DNA of 64,000 nucleotides from an uncultured Candidatus Competibacteraceae bacterium (GTDB taxonomy: Bacteria; Bacteroidota; Bacteroidia; CAIKAF01). The notes beneath the pieces were generated by a model. It saw nothing but the letters and a program-made list of their open reading frames with translations, did no database searches and was not told where the DNA came from. Position numbers and translations under genes: made by a program. Location: contig CAZOEO010000001.1 of NCBI GenBank assembly GCA_964578885.1, positions 222,110 through 286,109 of the forward strand. The letters run 5' to 3'. Positions 19,624 to 31,600 of this stretch are shown here, piece by piece (position 1 is the stretch's first letter; each line of letters begins with the position of its first letter).

Positions 19624-22600
19624 ATGCCCAAAAATACGCGACATTACCTGTGTGCGGCCGTGCTCATTGTGCTCATGAGTCTTATACCCATGGGTGCAGT
19701 ATTTGCGCAGGTCTCCAACGTGCAGGCTGGCGAATATTTTTGGGATACCGATCCGGGTTTTGGTGCGGGTACGGCTATTTCTGGCATTACTCCGGGCGTT
19801 AGTTTGTCACAAACATTCGCTCCTCCTTTGTCTTCTTTGACACCGGGCATGCACACTCTCTTTGTCCGTTTTAGAAATGCAAATGGGCATTGGAGTACAA
19901 CCCACCGTTGGCCAGTTTATATATTAAGTTTACCATCCACCGTTCCTAACATCTCTCAAGGCGAATATTTTTGGGATATAGACCCCGGATATGGTTCAGG
20001 AACGCCTATTAGTTCATTTTCTGGCGCGTCTTCTGTTTCTTCTTCCATTGCAGTTCCGCTCTCCGGTCTTACTCCCGGGCTCCATGTGTTGTATCTTCGT
20101 TCGCGTGCCAATCCGGGGAATTGGGGCCAAACACATGGTTTTCCTGTATTGGTGCTCCCCACACCATCGCTCCCTAATGTATCTCGTTTAGAATATTTCT
20201 GGGACAACGACCCCGGATTTGGCAATGGGACATTGGTTCCAGGTTTTACAGCTGGAACCGCACCACAAACCATTTCGGCGTTGGTGCTCTCTTCTCTTTC
20301 TCCGGGTATTCATACCCTAATGGTACGGGGAAAAGACAGTAATGGGAAGTGGAGCCAAACCTATGTTTATCCGGTGGTGATTTCCAATATTCCTTCCACA
20401 GCCCTGCATGTCAATCAATTAGAATATTTTTGGAATACAGATCCCGGCGTGGGAAATGGAACTGCTGTAACGTCCTTTACCAGTGCGGTTTCTGTTACTC
20501 CTTCTGTTGCTGTTCCCCTATCTGGTTTATCTGCGGGTATGAATACCTTATTTTTCCGCGGAAGAAACGCCAATGGGCAATGGGGGATTACGCATCGTTT
20601 CCCCGTTTTTGTGGCTACCGCAGCCAGTTCAACCACCGTAAATGCGTATGAGTATTTTTGGGATACCGATCCTGGATTCGGAGCCGGCACCTCTGTGACT
20701 TCTTTTTCTGCATCGGGTTCAGTGAATCAAAGTTTTGCCATTTCATTGAATGGTCTTTCCCCAGGTTTGCATACCCTTTATTTGCGTGCGAAAGGCCCTG
20801 GAGCCCTTTACGGTCAGACCCATGCTTATCCGGTATTGGTACAACCGGATGCGACGCTACCTACCGTTACCCGGATAGAATATTTTTGGGATACCGATCC
20901 CGGATTTGGATTAGGAACATTAATTCCTGGATTTTCCGCTGGTTTAACACCTTCGGTAGCTGCTTCTGCTTTAAATCTTACGTCCCTTACCTCAGGTATT
21001 CACACACTGAATGTAAGAAGCCGAGATGCGAATGGCCGTTGGAGTCAGACTTACACTTATCCTGTGGTGGTTACAAACTTTAATGTTTCGCCATCTCAAA
21101 TTACTGCCATTGAATCTTTTTGGGATGTAGATCCCGGCATGGGAAATGGAACTGCGGTGACTGGTTTTACGCCTGGAACCACGGTATCTGCCATTTCTTC
21201 GTTGCCGCTTAATGGCCTGACTTCTGGCATGCATACTTTGTTTTTCCGCGGAAGGAATGCAGATGGGCACTGGGGGATTACCCAGCGTTTTCCTGTTTTT
21301 GTAACAAGTATACCTGCCACAAGTCCCGTAGCTTCGTTTGAGTATTTTTGGAATACGGATCCCGGTTTTGGTGCGGCGACTCAGGTGTCTGGTTTTTCTC
21401 CAGCCAATGCGGTGAATCATACTTTTGCCATTCCATTAACGGGACTTTCTGCCGGCATCCAAACTTTACATATTCGTTCGCGCAATAGTGCTGGAACTCC
21501 CGGACAGACCTATGCATTTCCGGTGTATGTAACGCCTGTGTTAACCCTTCCACAACTCACCAAGCTTGAGTATTGGTGGGATACGGATCCCGGATATGGA
21601 TCTGCGACGCCAGTTCCCGGATTTGCGGCTGGGGTTACACCATCTGTTACCGCTGCGTTGCCTTTGGGAAATCTTTCCCCCGGTATTCACACTTTAGGGG
21701 TAAGGGGTCAGGATCAACAAGGACGTTGGAGTGTGGTGCACACTTACAATGTGGTGATTTCCAATGTAAGTTCTCCAGCATCTAACATTACACAGGTTGA
21801 ATATTTTTGGGATGTGGATCCTGGATTTGGCGCAGGTACACCCATGACAGGTTTTTCTGCCGGAACCAGTGTGCAGGCGGTATCAGCCATTCCATTAGGG
21901 ACTTTGGTTCCGGGGACGCATGTGTTGTTTACACGGGCAAAAAGTGCAGATGGAGATTGGAGTATCACCCATCGTTTTTCTGTGTTTGTGTCTTCTCCAC
22001 CTCCTCCGCCAACTCCCGGACTTGCACAAATTGAATATTTCTGGGATACAGATCCTGGATACGGTAATGGTGTTTCTGTTCCTGTGGCGCCGAATGCGTC
22101 GGTGAACACCAACCTTGTTGTTTCTTTAAGTGGTTTAACTCCAGGCGTGCATGTACTTGGGATGCGGGCTCAGGATACCAATGGTGTTTGGGGGATAACA
22201 CATCCTCATGCGGTCTATGTGCTTCCCGATTTGGCAGTGACCAATGTATCCCGTTTAGAATATTTTTGGGATACAGATCCTGGATTTGGTGCTGGAACCG
22301 CTTTACCTGGTTTGGTTGCTGCGCCTACCGCTTCTGTGGTACATGGTATATCGTTATCTGCTTTAACTCAGGGCATTCATTCTCTCACAATAAGGGGGCA
22401 AAGTTCCAGCGGAAAGTGGAGTGTTTCTCACACTTATGGTGTTGTGGTTCTTCCTCCTTCATCTGTTGCGTCAAATATTGTTGCGGCAGAATATTTTTGG
22501 GATATAGATCCCGGATTTGGTGCCGGTACGCCTGTCTCTGGAATTACAGCAGGTCCGTCCATTGCTCCAGTTTTGAGTTTGCCTTTAGGTTCGCTCACTC

Positions 22601-25600
22601 CCGGCATGCATACTTTATTTGTACGTGGCAGAGATGCCAATGGCGGTTGGAGTACAACCCATCGTTTCCCAGTATTTGTACAGCAATTAAGTACCTTAAG
22701 TCCTGTTACGCAGTTTGAATATTTTTGGGATACCGATCCCGGGTATGGTCTGGGAACGGTTATTTCTGGCTTCCCTCCCGCCAACAATGTGGGACAAAAC
22801 TTAGTGGTACCTGTATCTGGCTTACAGCCTGGCGTGCATGTGTTGCATTTTAGAGCGACGAATCAGGACGCGTTAACAGGGCAGACTTATGCTTTCCCGG
22901 TTTGGATAACGCCTGCATTCACCCTACCCGATGTAACACGGTTGGAATATTTCTGGGATGCAGATCCCGGGATTGGGCAGGGAACTTCCGTAACGATTTC
23001 TTCTTCGAATGATATAACCGCAGTGGCAGCGCTTCCACTTTCCGGCTTGAATACAGGAATTCACACCCTGGCTGTTCGTGCTCAGGACAATCGTGGGGCA
23101 TGGAGTGTATCCCATACGTACTCAGTGGTTATTTTAGACCTTTCTGGGCTTTCGAATATTACCGCGGTAGAATATTTTTGGGATACAGATCCAGGATATG
23201 GTTCCGGGACAGCGATTACAGGATTTTCTTCCGGGACAACGGTGCAGGCTGTCGCTTCTGTTGCTTTAGGAAGTTTGGTTCCAGGGCCCCATGTATTTTT
23301 TGTTCGTGCCCGTGATGCCAAAGGAGGATGGAGTACCACGCATCGTTTTTCCGTTTTTGTTTCCAATCCACCGCCACCGCCCGTGCCTGGTTTAGCTCAA
23401 TTGGAGTATTTCTGGGATACCGATCCGGGTTATGGAAATGGCACAGGTGTGGCTTTAGCGCCCAATTCACAATCCAACACGAACATAGCGGTTTCTACTT
23501 CGGGACTCGCGCCTGGTATTCATGTACTTGGTATGCGCGCTCAGGATACCAATGGTGTTTGGGGGATAACCCATCCGCATCCGGTGTACATGTTGCCTGC
23601 CTTTCAATTGTCCGATGTAACGCGCGTAGAATATTTCTGGAATGCGGATCCCGGTTATGGAAACGCCACTGCGCTTTCTGGAATTACCCCATCTGCCTCG
23701 GTTTCTGTTTCTCAGGCGATTTCCATGAGTGGATTGAGTCAGGGATTAAATTATTTGACGGTTCGCTCTCGTGACACACAGGGTAAATGGTCTGTGGCAC
23801 ATACTTATGGAGTGCTTTTAACTAATTTTCCAATAACTCTTCCGGACATTACGTCTGTGGAATATTTTTGGAATACCGATCCCGGGTTTGGTCAGGGAAC
23901 ACCGGTTAGTGGATTTGTGCAGGGGACGCAGATTACACATGCTTTTAATATACCATTGAACAGTTTAAGCAATGGTATTAATACTTTGTTTGTAAGAGGT
24001 CGGAATGCGCTGGGAGAATGGAGTACGACGCATCGTTTCCCTGTTTTGGTAGCAGCTCCTCAGATTTCTGCGCCTGTAAGTCAGTTTGAATATTTCTGGG
24101 ACACCGATCCTGGTTTTGGAAATGGTAGCATTATTAGTGGTTTTACGCCAGGATTATTGGCCAATCAAAATATTGCGGTGTCATTGGGTGCACTGTCACC
24201 TGGAGTACACGTTTTAGGTGTAAGGTCCGCTGACACGTTGAACCAGTGGGGAATAACCCATACTTTTCCAGTGTATGTGACACCTCCGCTCACGTTAGAT
24301 CAGGTTATTCGTGTTGAATATTACTGGGATACGGATCCCGGGTTTGGTGCAGGAAATGCCTTGTCGGGATTCAGTCCGAACACCGAAGTTTCGGCGACGC
24401 AAGCCATTTCTCTTTCCGGTTTAACGCAGGGAATTCACAGTTTGGTGGTTCGTTCCAAGTCTTTAGGGGGACAGTGGAGCGTGTCTCATCAGTTTAGTGT
24501 ATTGGTTACCAATCTTCCGTCTTCACCATATGCCGTAGATGCACTGGAATATTTCTGGAATACGGATCCGGGAATAGGGAATGCTACAGCGGTTGCGGGC
24601 TTCACGGCGGGTACGCAGGTTTCGCATGTCTTTAATATACCAACCAGTGCGTTGAATACGGGTATGAATACCTTGTTTGTGCGGGGGCGGAACAGCAATG
24701 GAGATTGGGGTATTGTGCATCGTTATCCTGTGTTTATTACCAGTATTCAGTCTGCTGCGCCCATTGCATCTTTGGAATATTTCTGGGATAATGATCCGGG
24801 AATAGGCAATGCGACCACGGTGTCTGGATTTAGTTTAGCGGGTAGTGTGAATCAGAACGTAGTGGTGCCTATGGCTTCACTTAGTCCAGGTGTGCATGTT
24901 TTGGGAATTCGTGCGGCAGACTCTACCCAGCTTTGGGGTATGACTCATACATTCCCGGTATATGTCACTCCTGACCTTACGTTGGACAATGTTGCGGCGA
25001 TTGAGTATTTCTGGGATACTGATCCCGGTTATGGAAATGCGACTAGTCTGAGTGGCATTGCCCCGGGCACTACGGTATCTAGTAGCCAGGCGCTGTCTCT
25101 TTCCGCTTTAAATCCGGGAATCCATTCTTTAATGGTTCGCTCTAAATCAGCGACTGGCAAATGGAGTGTGGCACATCAGTGGTCTGTTTTAATTATCAAT
25201 ACGCCTCCCTTACCTTATCAAGTCACTGCCATTGAATATTTCTGGAATACGGATCCTGGTTATGGAAATGGTGTAACGGTGTCCGGTCTCACTCCATCTA
25301 CCAGCGTGAGCCAGGTGTTGCCTATACCCATGACAGGATTAGCGAATGGTATGAATTCTTTGTTCATACGTGCTCAGAACGCCAATGGGGAATGGAGTAC
25401 TACGCATCGATTCCCCGTGTATGTGGTTTCCATTTCACAACCTACTCCTGTTGCCGCTTTTGAGTATTTCTGGGATACGGATCCCGGTTATGGAAACGGG
25501 ACCAATGTTTCAAGTTTTTCTCCCGCTGGAAGCGTCAATCAGAACATTGCCGTTTCGCTTCTTGGCGTAAATCCAGGATTAAAAACGTTATATATACGTA

Positions 25601-28600
25601 GCAAAGATTCCTTGAATGTTTGGGGTCAGACCTATGCGTTCCCGGTTTATATTACACCAGCTTTAACGTTACCACAGGTTAGTCAGATTGAGTATTTCTG
25701 GGATGTGGATCCCGGTTATGGAAATGCGACATCTTTAAGTGGTTTTACCGTAGGTACGGAAGTAACAGTTCCTTCTGCCATTTCAATTAGTCAATTACAA
25801 CCAGGTTTAAGGACGTTGACTGTACGTGCGAAGTCAAGTGATGGTACATGGTCTGTCGCACATAGTTTTCAGGCGTTAATTTCCAACGTAGCACCCACCT
25901 TATCTCCCATTACGGCCATTGAATATTTTTGGGATACGGATCCCGGTATTGGTAATGCATCGCCCATTACAGCATTTGTTTCTTCTGACACGGTCAATAC
26001 GCAGGTGGCTGTTCCGGTAGGCTCCTTGCCGGTAGGCTCTCATGTGTTATTTATTCGAGCCAAAAATGCGCAAGGGCATTGGGGACTTACGCATCGTTGG
26101 TCTATATCTATTACGGCGCCACCCATTCCTCTTCCTGCAGCTATTTCCAGTTTTGAATATTTCTGGAATACTGATCCGGGATTGGGTAATGCAACAACGG
26201 TTTCCAGTTTTACACAAGGCATAGATGTGAATCATAGTTTTGCTGTGCCTTTATCCGGATTAAATGCGGGCCTAAATACCCTTGTTTTACGGGCGATTGA
26301 TACGACAGGAAAGGTGGGACATAGCTATCCAATGCCAATTTTTATCGTTCCGTCGCAAACTGTGAGCAATTTAACCCAGGTTGAGTATTTCTGGGATACG
26401 GATCCTGGATTTGGAAATGGAACTGCTTTAACTGGTTTTCTGCCGGCCGCGGAAATCAGCGTAAACCATGGTATTTCCCTCGCCTCTGTAACGCCTGGTA
26501 TTCATACGTTAACGGTTCGCGGAAAAGATCAGTTGGGTCGTTGGAGCGTTTCACATACTTACAGCGTTATTATTACCAATAATTTGAATCCGGCGCCAGA
26601 TGTAACGGCCATCGAATATTTCTGGAATACAGATCCAGGTATTGGCAATGGAACGAATGTGCCGGTAACGTCTCCAGGCATTCAGGTGACGCAGGTGTTC
26701 AATATTCCTTTAAATGCGTTGAATGCAGGTACGAATACTTTATTTATTCGTTCAAAAAACCAGCAAGGGGCCTGGAGTATTACTCATCGCTTCCCTGTTT
26801 TCATTACAGCGCCCGTCGCCTTGGCACCCGTACAAAGACTTGAATATTTCTGGGATACAGATCCAGGGTATGGGAATGGCGTTGCTGTAACCGGATTTTC
26901 TGCGGGTCAGTCTATCAATCAGAACGTGGCCATTTCATTGGCCTCGGTAAATCCAGGTTTACGCGTCTTACACTTCCGCGCTCAGGATACTACTGGAAAG
27001 TGGGGTCACACCTATCCTTATCCGGTGTACATTACACCAAATCTGGCGCTTTCTAATGTGAACCGGGTAGAATACTTCTGGGATGTAGATCCTGGTTATG
27101 GAAACGGAACAGCGATTTCCGGCATTTCTCCGAATACCGAAATTTCCACCAGTCAGGCTCTTCCTCTTTCTGGTTTGACTCCAGGAATTCATACACTTAC
27201 TGTTCGGGCCAGGTCTAACGAAGGTCGCTGGAGCGTGGCACATACATATGCGGTGATTGTTTCCAACATGCCAGCTCAGTTAGAAAACATCACAGCCATC
27301 GAGTATTTCTGGAATACCGATCCAGGTATGGGGAATGCCACTTCGTTCACTGGATTTTCTCCGGCTACTCAAATTAGTCAAAACATGGTGATTCCTGTTT
27401 CTGGATTAAATCAGGGCATGAACACTCTTTTCATTCGGTCGAAATCATTGTCTGGGCAGTGGAGTATTACCCATCGTTATCCGGTTTATGTAGGTGGTCT
27501 TTCAACGGCAGCTCCCATTACCGCATTTGAATATTTTTGGAATACCGACCCTGGATATGGCAATGGTGCGCCCGTTACCGGTTTCACATTGGCCAATGAT
27601 GTAAATCATAGCTTTTTGGTTCCGCTTTCTGGAGTGAATACCGGATTAAATACTTTGCATATTAGGGCGATTGACAGTACTACCCGTTATGGACAAACCT
27701 ATGCCTTCCCCGTGTATATGGTTCCTAACCCGACGTTACCGAATTTAACCCGATTGGAATATTATTGGGATACGGATCCGGGCTTTGGTAATGGTACCGC
27801 TATTACTGGTTACACTCCGGGTAACGAGGTAACGGCTGCAGCAGCTTTGACCCTGTCTTCTTTGAATCCGGGAATTCACACGTTGGCTGTAAGGGGTCGC
27901 GATGCTCAAGGACGTTGGAGTGTGACCCATACATTCGGAGTTGTCGTTTCCAACTTTAATCTTCCAGCTCCTAATATCACTGCCATTGAGTATTTCTGGG
28001 ATACGGATCCAGGTATTGGCAATGGTACAGCTGTTACCAGCTTTACTCCTTCGGATACGGTGAGTACGCAGGTAGCCATTCCTTTGACCATTGCTGCAGG
28101 TCCTCACGTGCTGTTCATTCGCGCTAAAAACGCTCTTGGACATTGGAGCATTACCCATCGTTTCGCCGTCAACGTAACGCTTCCGCCTGTTCCACCTCCT
28201 GCACCAATCGCCAGGTTTGAATACTTCTGGGATACGGATCCCGGACTGGGCAATGCCACGTCGGTTACTGGATTTGCAAATGCAGAACAGGTGAATTATT
28301 CCTTTGCGGTGCCAATGACCGGACTAAATGCGGGATTGCATACGTTAGTCCTTCGGGCCATCGACTCTACAAATAAGGTGGGCCATAGTTATCCCATGCC
28401 CGTGTTTATTGTTCCACCAACTAATTTGGTGAATATCGACCGTTTGGAGTATTTCTGGGATAATGATCCTGGATATGGAAATGGATCAGCCGTTGTCGGA
28501 TTTGTTCCAGGTGATACCGTAACAGCCATTCAAGCCATTCCGATGCAAAACCTGACCCCGGGCTTCCATACCCTAACGGTGAGGTCCAGGACTTCGGATG

Positions 28601-31600
28601 GTCGTTGGAGTGTGGCGCATTCATACACTATTTTTGTAACGACAGATCCGAATCCGTCCAACATTACACGCATTGAATATTTCTGGAATACGGATCCCGG
28701 TATGGGTAATGGGGTGAATGTTCCTGGCGTAGTGGCCGGATCATTGGTGAATCAGGTCTTCTCTGTGAATTTGTCTGGGTTGTCTCAAGGCGTGAATACC
28801 TTGTTTGTGAGGAGCATGAATGCCAAGGGCAATTATAGTATAACCCACAGGTATCCTGTATTTGTTGGTCAGTCTGGCAATGCGCCCATTAGCAGGTTTG
28901 AATATTTTTGGGATACCGACCCCGGATTTGGCGCAGGCACCCAAGTGACCAGTTTCTTACCAGCGACGAACGTAAATCAGAATATTGCCATTCCATTAAC
29001 CAACCTGAATCCGGGTGTGCGTACCTTATTTGTGCGCAGTGCGGATACCTTGGGGCGTTGGGGCGGCACGTATGCTTATCCGGTGTATTTAGTTCCGGCT
29101 TCCGCCTTGCCACAGGTGAGTCGTTTGGAATATTTTTGGAACACAGATCCCGGATTTGGAAATGCTACCGCCATTGGTGGGCTTGCTGCCTCAGCTCAAG
29201 TGATCGGTACTACAGCTATTTCTTTGTCAGGCCTACCTGTGGGAGTAAATTATTTGAACATTAGAGCGAAGGATGCCGATGGTCGGTGGTCTGCTACCCA
29301 TAATTTCAACGTGGTGGTCGTGCCCATTGGAAATGGAGGAGATGTAACAGCCCTTGAATATTTCTGGGATACTGACCCTGGAAAAGGTAATGCCAATGCC
29401 GTGACCAACTTTACCGCTTCCGCTTCCGTAACACATTCGTTCCCTGTAAGCATGAGTGGTCTGTCTCAGGGATTGCATCTGCTGTATGTGAGAGGTAAAA
29501 ACCAATCCGGAGATTGGGGTATCACGCATCGTTTCCCTGTCTTTGTGGCCGATCCAAACCAAGGTGGCGGTGCGCCCATAACCAGATATGAATATTTCTG
29601 GGATACAGATCCTGGTATGGGGTCGGCTACCCAGGTAACTGGTTTTGCAACAGGTACTTCTACCAATCATTCTTTTAATATTGCATTATCGGGTCTTACC
29701 CCTGGTTTAAGAACCTTGCATGTTCGCCCTGCCGATTCACTTGGACGCTGGGGTATTACCCATGCCTATCCGGTGTATGTGATGCCAGATCCTACTTTGC
29801 CGAACATTACGCGCATGGAATATTTCTGGGATGCAGATCCTGGCATTGGAAACGCTACTGCCATTTCTATTACGCCAGGGCAAACCGCTTCCGGCACGTT
29901 AGCTATTCCATTGAGCAGTTTGGCTACTGGATTGCATACCCTTTCGGTTCGTTCACGCGATGCGCAGGGGCGCTGGTCCGTTACGCACACTTGGTCAGTC
30001 ATTATTACTAACCTTGACGCCTCGCCGCAGCCCATTACAGCAGTTGAATATTTCTGGAATACCGATCCAGGTATGGGCAATGCTACGGCACTTACCTCAT
30101 TTGCCCCGGCTACATCTGTAAGTCCATCTTTCGCTATTCCGGTGGGTAACCTTCCTTCCGGCCTTCAGACCTTATTTATTCGTGCGAAAAACCAATCTGG
30201 CGCATGGAGTATAACCCATCGTTTCCCTGTATTGGTGCAATCTGCGAATGCATTGGCTTCAGCACCTATCCAACGATTCGAATACTTTATCGATACCGAT
30301 CCCGGATATGGAGCAGCTACTCAGGTGTCCACTTTCTCTCCTGCCTCACAGGTGAATCAGAACATTTTGATTCCGCTTTCCGGATTGGCAGAAGGAATCA
30401 GGAACATTGGCATCAGGGCCATGGATACGCTTGGTCGTTGGGGACAAACATACCAGTATCCGGTCTATTTACTCAATACGGCCACCAGCCAGGTAGCTGC
30501 GCTCGAGTATTACTGGGATACCGATCCAGGTTTTGGTTCAGCAACGGCCATTCCTGTTTCTCCATCTACAGAAGTCTCTACCACGCAAGCTTTACCATTG
30601 TCCAACCTCAATACAGGAATGCATAACCTTACAGTAAGGGCGAAAAGCAATACGGGTCGTTGGAGTGTTTCTCACCATTACCCTGTATTTGTTATCGACC
30701 AATCTCTTTTACCGGATACCGTTACCCAGGTTGAATATTTCTTTGACGTAGATCCCGGTATGGGGCAGGCATCCAGCATTTCCGGAATCACGCCGGGCAT
30801 CAACGTAGACGGTGTATTCCCCATTCCTTTAAACAATCTGGCTCAGGGATTACATCAGATATTTATCCGTGCGAAAAACCGCAGCGGGCATTGGGGTATC
30901 ACACACCGCTTCCCGGTGTATATTCTCAATCAGCAGGTTACACCTGAGGTGGTGGCTGCGGAATACTTTATTGATACGGATCCGGGATTTGGTGCAGCTA
31001 CTCCAGTACCTGCGTTTGCCAGTGCTACGGATGTAAATCTGAACCTAGCCGTTTCTCTTTCCAACCTGAGTCAGGGCATTCACCGGCTCTATGTCCGTAC
31101 CCAAGATAACAGTGGTGTTTGGGGTCATACCTTCAATGAGATTTTCACTTTGATGAATATTCCAGCTACGCCTGTACCGCTTGCCAAGGGAGAATATTTC
31201 TGGGATGTAGACCCAGGCTTTAACAATGGTACCAACATTCCTGGCGTTACATCGGCCGTACTCAACAGCTTATCTTTTACCATTCCAGCGCCACCCGCGG
31301 CTCCGGGTGTACATACGCTTTACACACGTTATCAGGACACTTTAGGTCGTTGGGGACATACCCATGCAGAAATGATGATTGTGTATCCGGGTCCAGATAC
31401 TGTGCGTAACCTTGTGGGTCTTGAGTACTTTATTGATACAGATCCCGGTTTAGGTCAGGCCACCTTTGTTCCGTTTACCACGCCCTCTCCGCAGGTAACC
31501 GAAGTCGTGAATCTCCCGATCTGTGGATTGGCTTCCGGTAACTACACTTTATATGTTCGGGTAAAAGATGAAGATGGACGCTATGGCCAGACCTATGCCC